From Bugula neritina (Eukaryota > Animalia > Bryozoa): 64,000 bases of DNA. The notes beneath the pieces were generated by a model. It saw nothing but the letters and a program-made list of their open reading frames with translations, was not told the DNA's origin and did no database searches. The stretch covers positions 1-64,000 of the forward strand of contig CAXIUT010000042.1 in the NCBI GenBank assembly GCA_964035545.1. The letters run 5' to 3'. Below, one piece after another: positions 40,704 through 54,900 of the stretch (position 1 is the first letter of the stretch; each line of letters begins with the position of its first letter). The translations under genes were made by a program, and so were the position numbers.

Positions 40704-41810
40704 TCAAGTTTTATTTATCATGGAAGCCATAGGGGTTGGGGTTGGGGTTGGGGTTGGGGTTGGGGTTGGGGTTGGGGTTGGGGTTGGGGTTGGGGTTGGG
40801 GTTGGGTCTGTAATTGTCTTTTAAAGGAAATTTTACTGTTAAAGATGAATTTAATTGATGACATTTTCTTTAAAATTATTTTCATAGATTTAAACATTGT
40901 ATGAGTAGCTGTAATTATTTGCACTTGATTAATATTAAACTTCAGCTATTTCAACAGGCGGTTCAACAATTTCTCTTTATTGAAAAGAGCTTTATTCATT
41001 TATTCTGTCTTAATTGTCTTTTTTATTTTATTTATATTGATTCTTTGCTTATTACGATATTTATTTATGTTCATTTGTTACTGACTCCTCTTTACAGTTA
41101 GGATCTATCTTCTTTTAATTGTTTTTAAGAATTTGAAGTTCTTAAGAATCTGAGGAAATGTCTATGAAAGTTGTGGGAGCTTTTTTTTTAAGGTAATTTT
41201 CCAGCATTTTTATTTTATAAATATGGAGGTTAATCTTAGATTTTAAATTAAGGAACTTATTTAAATAAAAGCTAAAATCAATTTTTATAATTTTAAAACT
41301 AAAAATAGGAAAAAATCATTTGATGCTATATTTAGCAAAATATTTGAAAAAGAGTTTAATTTGTTAAATCTAAAGTTTTTTTGTTATCCGTACTAAGAGA
41401 TAAAGTAAAGTAAAAAGATAAGGTGAAGATGGTGTTTTTAAAAGTTATATTTTAACGAAAAAATGGGCCATGATTTCTTTGATTTTGAGTTTCAGCAAAG
41501 GCAATGATAATTTTCTTGAAATTTTATTTATATTTTTGATTAATTTTGTCTATTCTTGAATTATGGCGGATGTTTTTACTTTTTTAAAATCTTTAATATC
41601 ATCTATAACAATCAAAAGGGACTTTTCTTTAAGGTGTTCAATTTAAAAGAGTTTATTTTTATTTTTCTTGTCCAATAAAGTTTTAATAAAAGTATCTTTC
41701 GAGATCTATTTTTTCTATATAAAGTTTGATTTTGAGGATACTTCAGGATAATATATCAATCGATTGTTTTAGTATTAGTGAAGAAAGATATTTTATTAAT
41801 TATTTTTCAT
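40704..41810 (-). CDS. Hypothetical protein interrupted in frame near its C-terminus by a telomeric tract
   Basis: Frame ...EIVEPPVEIAEVEYE...FLEKTITD runs into the tract and resumes MASMINKT-TGA at 40704. Confidence 0.7.
40732..40806 (+). repeat. Internal telomeric tract GGGG(TTGGGG)11TTGGG, 75 bp
   Basis: Perfect G4T2 repeats. Confidence 0.97.
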
Positions 41811-41859
41811 TCAAGCTGTCTATATTTAAATAATCATAAACAAATATCACTTTTTTATG

Positions 41860-42696
41860 TCATAATTTAGGATTTATTTTAAAATGATTCGAAAAAGGGT
41901 TTAAAAGTTAAATTTTAGCCTAAGGACTTTTAATCAAACTTACTTCTAGTTCTTTATCTGATGATTTTTGGTAGTCTTTTTTAAGCTTGCAAATTTATTT
42001 TATTTAATCGATTCGATTACTAGAACCAGTTGTAATAAATTATTAATCTCCAACTTTTAAAGTCCGCGTTTACTTGGGTTTCTAATTTTGATATTTCTGA
42101 TATTTTATCATATTTTGTGCAAAATAAGTGCAGCCATCAGTCAAAGAGCAATCAATAACTGTCCCTTCACCTGTTTGAGAACGTTGATGTAAAGCTTTTA
42201 AAGCTCCTGTTATTCCAAGAGAAGCTGAAACAAAATCAGCAAGATAATTTGAAGGGAATTCGTACTTTTTAGTTTTATTTATTAAGGGTACTATTCCACT
42301 GACGGAAATATAGTTTAAATCATGACCTGGTCGAAGTTTATTGGAAGTATTTTGACCATATCCACTAACTCTTAATAAAATGATTCTTTTGTTAAGTTAA
42401 AATAGTTATTTTGGTCCCAATTTTAACTTTTAAAGAATACCAGGACGATAAGGATCTATTACTATATCTGCAGTTTTTAAAAGTTCTTTTAAGCTTATCA
42501 TTTATGATTCTTTTTTAAAGTTCATTTTGATACAAGTTTTATTGCGGTTGAGAATGTTATCTTCGAATGGAATTGCGATAGGAGCACTTTCAGTACGAGC
42601 TACAAATGTTACTTTTGCTCCTTGATCAGCAAAGTATAACCCACAGAAGACACTTGGTGCAAGTCCTTAGAACTCTATCACTTTCAGTTTGTTCAT
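41860..42696 (-). CDS. AMACR: Alpha-methylacyl-CoA racemase-like (CoA-transferase family III)
   Basis: GLAPSVFCG..FADQGA, LNRNK, DPYRPG, SGYGQ, GHDLNY, LADF motifs; ends in PKL. Confidence 0.9.
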
Positions 42697-42888
42697 AAAT
42701 ATCTTTATAATTTTAATAAAAACATTGAAAACATCCAAAATAAAAAGATTTTGACCATCTAATCATCTCAAGGATACTTTGAACAGTATTTTGATCAAAG
42801 ATATTGAAAGATTGCTTCAAAGGAAAAGTTGAAGTTCCATTGGGACATTATTGTGCCAAAAATCTAAATTCAAATTTGGTAATATTAG

Positions 42889-44249
42889 ATGGCGCATATC
42901 CAATAGTTCTTTAAAGGGTACTTACCAACTTACTACTTGAGTGTCCTGAATCTTCGGAAAGGAGAATCTAGTTTCTTGTAAAGTCAGACAAGCAATAACA
43001 TATACTAATTGACCGCTGATCTTCTTCTATCCTCACAAAGTTGTATTTAACAATAAACAACTACAATAGCTGTTAATTATCTTACTAAACACTGGTGGAT
43101 GAGTTATGAAGATATAAAAAATGTAAATCTTCAGATCAATGATACAGATAATTAGCTTATTCAATGGTTTAAAAAATAGCTCAAATACGTAAGATTTTTT
43201 TGATTTAGGTTTAAGTTCAGTTATTACAAGTGCTAATCAGAATTTTGATGTGTTACTAAGAATCAACCAAAACTAAATATATAAATACCTCTCTTAAAAC
43301 TCATATCTAGGAAATTTGTTCTATATATCCAGCTATGAAAATGGAAATCAGTCTTTTTCAGAATAATATAGATCTATCTTCTTGGTTTGATATATTACTT
43401 CATAAAATTTGTTCTAAAAATACTATAAATTCTCTTTTCAAATAAGTTTTATCAGCTATTTCGGATTCTTGCTAATTTATAGGACCTATCTAAGCTGTTT
43501 TTAATAAATATATTTAAAAGACTAACTAGATTCATTAAATTAATCATTCTAAACCTAATTTAGTAAAAGAAAGTTCAAAGAGTATCTATACTCCTTGTCA
43601 AATTATTGGATAAAAAGTTAATATTGAAAGCAAAGGATCTAATAAATGTTTAAAATAAAATAATTTTGATGATATGATGTTGTTTAGGAAAAAGAAAAAG
43701 TTAATTATGAAGGATAAAAATAAAATAAATGAAAGTTAAATATCTTGTAAAACTCCAATAAGAGAACAGTAAATTTCTTCTTTTTCTGACTGGACTGATA
43801 GGACACATTCAATCAAAATGAAATCTGAAACAAATGAACAAAAAGCATCAAGTTTACTATTGAAAAGAATGCAAAAAAATGCAAAAAATTGTTCAAGAAC
43901 TTTATACTATGGCTAAAAAAAACAATTTATTTCTAAAAAATCCAATTATGAAGATTCATAGTTAATTATTTAAAATATGAATGCTTCCTTGTTTAAAGAA
44001 TAATATTCTACTAAATCTTCTTTAAAATAAACTTCAACATGTTATTAAACTAAATCTTTTGGGAAAAGTTCAACTGTATCTTTTGAAGGAATACCTTAAA
44101 TAAACCGAAGATATTCAACTAATTTGAATAAAATTGAAAATGAAAGTAATTTTTATGTACCAGAAACTCCTAAACAATCAAATAGATTTCAACTTCAGCA
44201 AAAGAACAGTATATTTGAAAAAGTGGATATTCCAAAGTTATAACTTTGA
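42889..44249 (+). CDS. Hypothetical protein
   Basis: Helical N-terminal half, disordered S/T-P-rich C-terminal half; at least one tiny intron. Confidence 0.7.
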
Positions 44250-44315
44250 TTGTATATTTTGAATACGAAAATATTGAGATATAATAGTTAAGATTGATTT
44301 TAAATTTAAATTTTA

Positions 44316-45435
44316 ATGAAAAAGAGTTATAAAAGTGTTAACGACTCTCTATTCGATGTTCAGTTTAAAATCCCGTTCTCAAATGAAAGTATTGAGGAAC
44401 ATCTCTAAGAAAGTCAAGAGGAAATTAACTTTATTAAGCTTAAACTGACATAAGCTTATCAAAAACTTTAAACTTAAATCTAAAATAACAACAATCTTGA
44501 AGAAGAATATCAATAATTGAAGTCAATAAAAGGATAAATGGAGTAAAAATATCTTTATGAATCAAAATAAAATAAAAAACTGAAATAAACTCTTGAAGTT
44601 ATTCTCAAAAATAGAAAGCTACTTCAATAGTAAATAATAGAAATAAAAGATCATCATTCAAAAAAATTAGCTGAAAAAGAATAGTAGCTTCATAAGGTAT
44701 TAAAAGATTTAAAAAATGCTAAGTTGTAATGTAAAAATTTAACTGAGTAACTAAAAGAAAAAGAAATATTGATGAGATAATATTAAGATCGAGAAAGAGA
44801 AGAGAAAATATGTGGTGGAATAAATAAATAAAGATAGATATCTTTGATGAATAAAATGTAAATATATAAATATAAATAGTCAAATACTTGAACACGAAAT
44901 AACTAAAATCACTGAAGAGAAATATATTTAAGTAAATCGGCTTAAACATGAACTCCAACTTTATCAGAATAATGTAAATAATTATTCTCCTTCTATTGAA
45001 CTATAAAAAAGTAAAAATAAAATGAGAAAACGTGATTTTCAAAAAAATGGATCAAAAGTTTAAAGATTTAGTTCAAATGCCTCAGAAGATACTTATTCAG
45101 AATATAATAAATAAAATATGAATATACTTCAAAGCAGTTCAATTAATAATAATCAACATGCATCTGAAGTTACAAATGATTCCTAAAGAGGGAAGATTTT
45201 TTCAAAAAAATAAGTTTAAAGTGATTAAGTATTTTTATCAAATGTTACAGATGATGAACAATTATCTCTTTATCAAGTTTCAAGGAAGAAAGCTGAAGCA
45301 TAATTATCAGGTTTATAAAAATTAAAAAGACCTAAACCTGATGAAAGATAGCGAATGGCCAGACTATAAAGATAAATATATCATTTAGATAGTGATATTG
45401 CAGGACTTAAAAGAAAAATTAGAAAAAGATACTGA
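44316..45435 (+). CDS. Coiled-coil hypothetical protein
   Basis: E/K-rich heptads with TAR=Glu. Confidence 0.7.
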
Positions 45436-45568
45436 TGAATTTTATACTGATAATCTTTTAAAATCAATTTTTTAATAGTTTGATAAGATTATTCCTCATC
45501 TAAATTATTATTTGGATCTATTTCTTTTGAAAGAATATTTTGATTTCTTATTGACAACAAATATTATA

Positions 45569-47311
45569 ATGCCATAAGCAACTTAGGAATAAATATTCGA
45601 AGCGATTCAAAGCTTCGATCAAGAAGAGGCAAAATAATTAATCCTTGAGTTTGCTGATCAATTTGATGAATTGTTTGATAGTTAGAAAGCAACTCTTCTT
45701 CACGTCGCTGCAAATTACAATAACTAGTAAATAATGAGTTATCTTCTTGAACTTTATGATAAAAATATGGAATCAATGCCTGATACATTTTCTTTTTAAC
45801 GTAAAAAGAAATGGTTAAATTTAAAAGATAGTGAAGGTTTTAGTTGTATACATTATGCAGTATTCAGAGGAAATGCTAATCTTGCCTTCATGCTTGAAGA
45901 ACATGGTATTGATATTTATGCAATCAATAGACAAGGATTAACCGTACTTCATATAGCAGCTCAAGGAGATTCTCCAGTACTAATGGTACTTGTAATTTAA
46001 AGTAGTACTATTACCTCAATAAGGGAATGAAAATAAGTACTTAAGATTCTAAAGGAAGTACTGCATTACATTGGGCTTGCTATTCTGGTCAGGAAAATTC
46101 TGCATACGCCTTGATTTCCTGGGGAGCATAAATCGATAAACAAGATTTTACTTTTGGAATGACTCCTCTTCATCTTGCAGTAATGAGTGGAAATGGTCGG
46201 ATAGTTAAAAAACTTCTTGTAAAAGGTTGTGATCGCAATATTCCAAACTACAGTAACAAACTTCCCTTGGATTTGGCTATCTAGAATGAATATAAGAATA
46301 TAACCTAAATGATCATCGATAAAAAAGGAATCGAAGAATTTTTTAATGTTAAAACACCTTATAGGCTAATTGGTAAAGTAACATTCCCTTTCTATTTTCT
46401 TATTGTAATGTTCTTAACTAACTATATTCTAAACGTTTCTTTTGTTATTTTTGAGCATTTTCCTCAACATGGAGACCTTGCATTTTCTTATTTAGTCATG
46501 GGAGTAATAGTTATAGCTCTTTTTATCACTGTCTCTGCTAAGAAGCCAGGATATATTTGCGTCGAAGCTGAGCAAAATGACTTCGAAGTTCTAAGAAGAA
46601 ATCACCCTTCGAAAATTTGTTTTTAATGCATGGTATTTTTTTCATAACAAAGCTTTTAAAACCAGAACGATCTCGTCACTGTTAAATATGTCATCGTTGT
46701 GTAAGTGTATATGATCATCATTGTCCATGGATAGCTAACTGTGTTGGAGCTAGAAATTATATTTGGTTTTATCTTTTCCTTTTAAGTATGGTCGTTATAA
46801 TGATATTTACTATTGTCTTTGAAATCATCAGTAAGTTTTTACTAACTAGGATATCGCAGAAAAAGATTGGAGCAATATTGGGGCACTTGAAATAATTCGT
46901 ATTATTAGTGTTATTTTTGGACTTATCTGTAGTCTCTTCTTTATTTTTCCTTTATCGTACACTTTTCTTTACTTAGTTATCTTTTTTATGTTCAATCAGT
47001 CAATTGTTTGACGAATCAGACAACTTTTGAGCGTTTTGGTTTTCATCATAAATCAAATGTAGCTAGTAAAACGAATACTTCAAAAACTTCAGTAAATATA
47101 GATATTAATATAGAGTTTAAGATAAAGTTTAATAATGAAAAAATCAAATATGAATAGTTCAAATTTAAATAGTTCTATTGATAGTAAGGATAAAAAAGAG
47201 AAATTAAAACGTTTATAAGCTGAAACTTCAGTTGATCCCTTGACTAATTGCTATAAAATGTGTTTCTAAAATTCAAAAAATATTACTTACCATATAGGAA
47301 AATGTTCTTGA
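45569..47311 (+). CDS. AKR1: Ankyrin-repeat DHHC palmitoyltransferase (Akr1/ZDHHC17 type)
   Basis: Ankyrins (TALHWA, TPLHLA); [33 protein letters not shown]; TTFE. Confidence 0.95.
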
Positions 47312-47510
47312 TATTTATCAAACTATTTGGTTTTAAAGCTCACTTATATTTAAACGAAAATCATAAATATTCATAATCATTAAATCCTTTGTCAGAAAAT
47401 TGATTAAATTTTGCTAAGATAGACTAATATAAATCAGAGCTTTTAATTAAGCTCTATATTATAATTTATGGGATAGTATTTAGAATTTATATTATTAGGA
47501 ACTAGCAAGA

Positions 47511-48326
47511 ATGCAAAACGTAAAGAACTAAGTCTTAGGAGTTACCATCTAAAAACTTCAAAAAGGTGGATGGAAGAACAAAATGCTTGAACTTGGGCAC
47601 CTTTCCCAATCTATAAAACTTCAAGAAATCCCAGTTGCCCCTCAACTGCTTTAGAACATTTGGCTAAATTTACTTAAGGAAAATAACTTAAACGTAGTTC
47701 AAAAGACAGTATAAACACTCAAACAATGGGTTGAAGCCTATGGCATCAAAAGCATTCGGATAAGAAAAGAATTAGTGAAAACTCTAATTGACTTGGCAAA
47801 AATGAGGCGCCTTTAAATTGACTAAAGAGTTGTTTCAATCGTTAAAGCTTTGTTTTTATGTGAAAAAAAAGAAAATTAATCAAAAGAAAGGTAGCCTCTA
47901 TCCCTTATTGACCACTAAAGTTTTAACAGTTCTAACCATCCAACATTTTTGGCTTGTGTAGATGATGAAGATGAAAATACTGAGGATGAGGAACAAGGCG
48001 AAAGCTTCAAAGAGACATAAGGTCTAGTGGACAATCTTCCAAACAGCATTATTCTAGGAGCTCTTGTTGAATGCATCAAAAGTTGCAATAGTCGTTCATT
48101 CTCTTTATGTCTCAAAATTTTGATAAGTCTTGGCAAGAGTAAACTTCTACAAAAATCCCAATTTTTTGAAATTCTGAACGAAGTAAATGAGATCAACACC
48201 ATAATTCAGAACAAGAGGGCCAATTCATCTCCTGTTATAGAAAGAAAAGACAAATAAATTGTGGAATAAACTTCTTTATTGGTATCTTAACTTAGATAGT
48301 TGAGTTAATCAGGAAAGAATTAATGA
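47511..48326 (+). CDS. HEAT/ARM-like helical protein (Sec7/Mon2 DCB-like)
   Basis: Open 271-aa frame of amphipathic helices. Family call tentative. Confidence 0.6.
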
Positions 48327-48351
48327 AAAGTGATAGTTTTTTGACTTAATA

Positions 48352-49886
48352 ATGATGAAGCTAATAAATAGATTAAATAATAAGTGCACAATTTAAAGAA
48401 TTGAGTTATAGGGGTTGGGGTTGGGGTTGGGGTTGGGGTTGGGGTTGGGGTTGGGGTTGGGGTTGGGGTTGGGGTTGGGGTTGGGGTTGGGGTTGGGAAA
48501 AAAAAATACTACATGCGACAATCACAATAGCTTAAATAAGGAGATCCACTTTCCACTGATAAAACTGTCAGACATGGTTTTTTGTATCGGATGCGATAGA
48601 ATATTCGAGAACTCAATAGATCAATGCATAGTATTGAAAAGATGATTGGATAATCTAGAAAAATAATTCATGATTCTAGATAGAATAGTCGCAGTAAGAT
48701 AATAAATCTTTAAAAATCAAGTTAAAGTCCTTATTGTAAACTAGGAAAATAACATTCTCCATAACCTTCTTCAATGATGTCAACTACAAAAATGAGATCA
48801 AATACACAAAAACTGAATTTCATGTATTAAACTCAACCTGTCACATTGATACATTAAGAATAAAATAATATTGAAAGGAATTTATTTGAACATCATAATC
48901 ATCAAGAAAAACATGCATTGAAAAAAGATTCAAAACATTATTATGAAAATTTAATCAAATTTTAACCTTCTAACGTAAGAAAATAAATATAATTACAATG
49001 TAGTGGTATTAAAAAGAATGATATAACTGAAAGTTAATTTAGTTTTTAAGGTAAATAAAAAGATCTTTCGATTTAAAAAACACCTCAAAAACCATAAAAA
49101 ATAAGCACTCTTAATCGATCTTAGACTTAACCATTTAAGACAAAAATTAAAAACAATAATGCTGTTTATCAATTTACTCCTCAAAAGACTGCTAACAAAT
49201 AAAAAATAAAGAAACCTAGTTTATTGAATAGTAAAAGTAATAAAAATAAGATAAAACCTCAGTCATCACAAAAAAACTATACTGCTTATTCACCTTTATA
49301 AAATAAGAAAGAAACGACAATTAACAAGAAACAAAAGAAAAACGATAATATTAGAATTTAAGATGATAGTTATTAATTATAGGATTAATAAATCAGTTAA
49401 AATATTGATTTAAAACAAGTTCATTGGAGTAAATAAAAATAACGTTTCAAAACATAGTACTAAAGATAAGATAAAGAATAATATTATGAGTACAAAAAAG
49501 GATATGAGTCACCTTCGCCTCAGATAAAGAAAATAAATAGTAAAAATAAAGTATATTTGAATCATTTTGATAAAAAGAATTAGGAATTAGGAAATAGTCG
49601 TAAATAAAAGTTAAAAAAAACATTTGAACATGATAATTTTTTAATTAAGACAAATGATGGAAAAAGGAGAAGATAATAGTATAGTGATGAAGGTTTAACA
49701 TATGAAGAATAAAGACGTGCTAAGTTTTTAATGAAAGTTAAAAAATATGGATTTGTTTAAAAGTATTTAAGTGATGTTTAAATTTGGGATATCTATAATG
49801 AGTTAGTTGGAACTAAAATACCTTAAATGAAATGGCCTATCTGTATAGTTGATGAGGTTTACAAAAAGTTGAAAAGCCTTAAATGA
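48352..49886 (+). CDS. Hypothetical low-complexity protein with a telomeric tract in its 5' end
   Basis: ATG 48352 (or 48513); C-terminal domain IWDIYNEL...MKWPICI; TGA-TTG stop. Confidence 0.65.
48411..48497 (+). repeat. Internal telomeric tract GGGG(TTGGGG)13TTGGG, 87 bp
   Basis: Perfect G4T2 repeats. Confidence 0.97.
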
Positions 49887-49993
49887 TTGATTATGATGAT
49901 TATTTATTATTAATCTATTTAAAAATATATTATATTATTTTATTATTCTGTTTATTTTTTGATAAGTCAGAAATTATTGATTATTAAAATAAA

Positions 49994-50860
49994 ATGTCAA
50001 GTTACTTTCCTCTTACAATGATTCGATGGAAGACCCAAAAAAGATTAAATCAATAGACAATACCAACCAATAACAATAAAGAGTCATCTCGTCATCACTG
50101 TTCTGTTGCTATTCATTCTCTTGGTATTGAGAAGAAAGGAAACAAATATGAATTCACAGGTAAAAGTAAAAATAAAAATGAGAATAGTGGTAGTACAAAA
50201 TCTCATATGAATACTTCTAGATCATCATGTATGCAAGATCATTTCAAAAAATAACATAAAAAGATTGAAAGAAAGACTGTTTGTGCTCGAACACAAAGTG
50301 CATATCATTCAAGAAAATCACTTAAATCTACATAAAATATTTGTCCTTTGAAGATATAAATATATCCTTCAGCTTATAATAAAATGAAAGCTCATTATAA
50401 AAAAAAGATGCATACACTTGATCGAATGAAAAAGACAGGACTTTCTAACATCCTTTTAATCAGAAGTCAAAGAAAAATTTAACCTTAAAATAAATGTGTT
50501 GTTGAAGAATAAAACAACTACAACAGATATTAGAATGACTAAAACTAATTTAGTCCTATTAGATCAAGAAGAAATTTATCTTAATAGAAATACGTGAAAA
50601 CATATAAAAATCAAACTGACTAATCTAATTAAAAATAAGAATCTTGTCAAATTCAAAAGATAAAATAATCTTTTTTCTTTTCTATTCGATAAAGTCAACT
50701 TCATACTCATCCAGATAAAGAATAAAAAGTGTATAATTCATTGATATCTGGTAGAAAGAAGAAAGTTTAAAGTCAAAGAAACAAAATAGATAAAAAACTA
50801 CAAAGAATTAGAACTCAACAGTTACCAATTACTCCTTGGGATGTACCTAAAGATTAATGA
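49994..50860 (+). CDS. Hypothetical basic protein
   Basis: Open frame ending LPITPWDVPKDE. Confidence 0.75.
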
Positions 50861-50969
50861 TTTATTTTATATTGAAATTCTAACAGAATTTTTAAAATTA
50901 ATAATTAAAATTATCAATAACTTAAATTATAAATCATAAATATATTCTTTTACTATTGAGAAATAAGTG

Positions 50970-51869
50970 ATGGAAATTTAGTAAACTTCTTGCTTTGTTT
51001 ACTAGATAGATAATAATCAGGTAATTCTGACTTTAAGATAAAATACTTTAAGAATAAGAATTGAGCCTTTAATTCAGCCTATTTCACATATTTTGATCAA
51101 ATAGATTGATTATAATTTCTTTCCAGATAATCTTAGACATAGTCCTCTTAATTCTACTTTTAAAATTAATTATTTTCTTAAAGAAAATAGCTCTAAAACT
51201 AAAGTTTAAGGAACAAATTTCATAATTTATCTTTAAGAAGATATCCCAATTATCATTTAAATGGACAAATTTATTCCTAGTAATTATCTTAAAGATAACT
51301 AATAAAGAGAAAGAAGTGATTTTTTATAGGAAAAGCGATAGTTTAGTCATTATAAAAAACTATATTTTTGGGATAAATCTACTAAAAATGCAATAAAATA
51401 TATCATGGAAGGATACAGATTGATTAAAAAAGAAGATGGATGGCAACAAATAACAAATTTATTTCCTATTTAAAGAAAAAAAAAACATTAATTTTGTTTT
51501 AAAATATTAAAATTTGGAGGACCATTGAGTATAGGTTTCGGAATAATTCAAAAATCAAGAAAAAATGAGTATTATAGTGGCGATTTAGATCAGAAAGGAT
51601 CAGTAGGAATATGGTCTAAGAAAAAACTGAAATCTTCTTGTATTTGTAATGATGGAATAAAAGTGCATGAATGGGATAAGGAACTATATTATTATGAAGG
51701 TGATGAGGTAAAGATGTAGGTTGATTTTATGAATTTAAAAATAGGATGGTCAAATGGTCGTAAAAATATAAAAACTAAAATAAATGAACATTTTTTAAAA
51801 GATGAGGTTTTTGTTTATTGTGTGATGCATGATAAAGCAAGTTAAATTTAGTTTCTTTATGAAAAATGA
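50970..51869 (+). CDS. SPRY-like domain protein
   Basis: C-terminal FWD...IGFGII...YEGDEVKMEVDF..LKIGW beta-sandwich pattern. Confidence 0.75.
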
Positions 51870-51952
51870 TTTATTATCAAATGTATTTATTATTCAATAT
51901 CTAATCATATAATAGATGAATGAAATTAATTTTAGGTTTGAATCATTTGATT

Positions 51953-54900
51953 TCAAGATGGAACATTTTATCTTTTTTGAACGATTTAATTGATTTATCT
52001 ATATAATTTTAAATAGTTTTTATACTGAAGTGTTTTGCTTAATATCTTATGATTCTAATGACCTTCAGTATCTTATTCATCTTGGGAATCGCTAACTATT
52101 TTCACTAGTTTTTCAATTGTTTGTGGAATATTTTAACTAAATTGATCAGAAATTAAAAAATATAATCTATCATACTCAGTTGATAGTTACTATTCTTGAC
52201 ATTTTAGTTTTTATATTTACTTTATTAATAATTTTTTATTATTTTATAATGATTTATATTATTATTGAAGAAGTTGTATTTACTTTTAGTTTTATTATTT
52301 GATAGAATATAATTATTGAACCATTTTATATTTATTATTTTATAATATTTTAGCTTTTAGAGGTATATTTTTTTATCTTAATCTTGATATTTCTTATTTT
52401 TTGTAAATTTAGTTTTTTTAATTTAATTTTTATATTTAGCTATTTTTTTAATTTTTAGCTTTTTAGAGAAGATATATTTAACTTTTACAAATACTATTAT
52501 GAAATTTTAATGTTTGATTTTTAAATAATTTATCAAATATTTACTGTTTTACTATTGCGATATGATCTCTAACTATCTGAATTGAATTTTTATGATATTA
52601 TTTACTAGGAATCAAATAGCTAATTATCAAAGATGGTAATTATTTTTGGAGATTAGTTTTATTAAAATTTTATATAATTGAAATTTATATATATTTTCTA
52701 TTTCTTGCTAATTTTAAACCTTGTAATTAAATATTTTTACTTTGAATTAATATAGTTTATTATCCTTAATTTAAACCTATTTTTTATATCAAATTTTTAG
52801 GATCAAATTATTTAGAACATTATATTCTATGAGTTATTTTTCTTTAAATATTTTGAGTAGAACACATATATATACTTTAATGACCAATAACGAATTGTGA
52901 TACTTTATGAGATTTTTTTATTTTTTTATGATTATTAAAAACAACCTCTTGTGATCTACCCATAATCTTTTTATTATCAAGATGATAAATAGCTCCAATC
53001 TAATATTATTTTATTATTATGTGATCTTTTTAATACCCATCTGATAACTAATCTATCATTTTAAAATAGGAATCAAGTTATTATTTTTATTTTTATATTT
53101 ATTTCTATTTTATTTGGATTTTTATATTGCATTATTTATCACATTGTATTTTTTATTATATTTTTTTTATCAGTTTTTATTATTGGAATTTTAATTATTT
53201 TATTCTTTATGAATAATATGGAAGTTATATTTTAGATTAATCAACTTAATATATAAAATTCATCTATTATTAACTAAGTTTGTTATTCTTTATTCTTTAT
53301 AGTTCGTTTTTAGCTATAGGTATCCATTTTTTTATTAATAATTTTATTTTCTTTTATAAATCTTCAGTTCTATTTTCATTTATTTACTATTTCTAGTTTA
53401 TTTTATGAATATTCGACTATTTTTATGATATTTATTAAGAAACTGTTTTTATTTTATTCGGGAGAGTGATAAGGTAGGGAGTGAATATTTGAGTAGTCCA
53501 AATTCTTGATAAAATTGATATGATTTCTGAAAAAGATTTTTGATTGTTTGATTTTTTCATTATTGGTTTATACTCTTCTTTTGGGATTTAATTTAAAGGA
53601 TCTAATAATTTTTCAAGTATAAATTGTCTTTTTTATTAACTTTAATAATCAATATTGATAATTCTCTAACTTTAGCACATTTCAATTAAACAATTCATTA
53701 TTTGCATCTTTTTCTAACATTATATTATTGAAAAAACATTGTCTAACTCACCTGATTCCATAGCTTGTTAGAGTTATTTCTTTATAGTCTAAAATAAAGT
53801 TGAAAGACTACTCATTGATAGATCAGAAGAAGATTTTGTTATTATAATATAAAAATGTTGAAAGACGTTGCCTTAAAAATTCAATAGATTTGGATATAAT
53901 TTTTACATAGTTTAGAATAGTTCAATTAGACTATTACCTCTGCCATCTGTTATAGTACTCATAGACATAACAAGAACAATTGCTTTTAATTTATTGATTT
54001 ATTCTATAGATCTATCCATGCTAAAATTGATACAAAGTTGATAAGTTTATCCTCTAGTATCTTTAAAACCTGGATAATCACAAAAAACAGTATTTTCGAA
54101 TGATTTTTTATCAATATCAATAAAATCAAAGTTATTCTATTTTAAAGGATATCCTTTTGCATGTGTAGTTTATGATAGAATGAAAGAATGACCAATTTTA
54201 GCATAATTATTCTAGTTATTGATATTTTATTTATTTTTTACTTTGAAAACAGTTTGATTTAGATCTATTTTTAAGGATTAAAGTTTAAATCCGATCATAT
54301 AATTGGTTACTGTACTTTTTCCAGATCCTGTCTAACCATATAAAGCAATACTTTATTTATTATTCATATTTGAAGCATTTATTTATGCATTTTTTAATAA
54401 TTATATCATTTTTAAATGAATAATTTATGATGATTTTACTAGCATGTTAAAATTAGATTTCTTAAGAATTTATTTTAAGATAAAATTAAATGTAAATTCA
54501 TTATTACCTATTAAATTATTTAATCTTAGGATAGTATTTATTTATTATCTATATTATAAATGTAGAATATCATTTTATTTAAAATTTTAATGATGAATAA
54601 GTTTTTTCATAAGAAAATCGTAGTGTTTTTATTTTGAAATTTAGTTTATTAAGATATTGGTTTTAGTTTAAATTGTAGTTTTTATGTTTTTTATATAATT
54701 TGTATTATTTTTATCTAACTTCTTCAGATCAATCAACTACTTGACATTAACATTATCAGAATAATTAAATTTTATAGAAGTTTAGCTTTCTATTAAATAA
54801 CTATTGATAAAATCTTCATAAAGAATAAAAGTATCTATTTATTTTGATTTATTGAAACATCTGACTTGATGTATTCTTGAATGTTAAGATATTTATATTT

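Noticed and set aside
40718-40924. ORF-track (QP)n protein
   Set aside because: Translation of the telomeric repeat in a non-coding frame.
9958-48497. End-to-end chromosome fusions or telomere-bearing transposons
   Set aside because: No facing C4A2 tract, no terminal inverted repeats or transposase, and the flanks appear colinear.
48415-48645. ORF-track (GL)n protein with a CxxC motif
   Set aside because: The GL run is telomere. Downstream codon usage favours the other frame, though a small Zn-ribbon ORF cannot be fully excluded.
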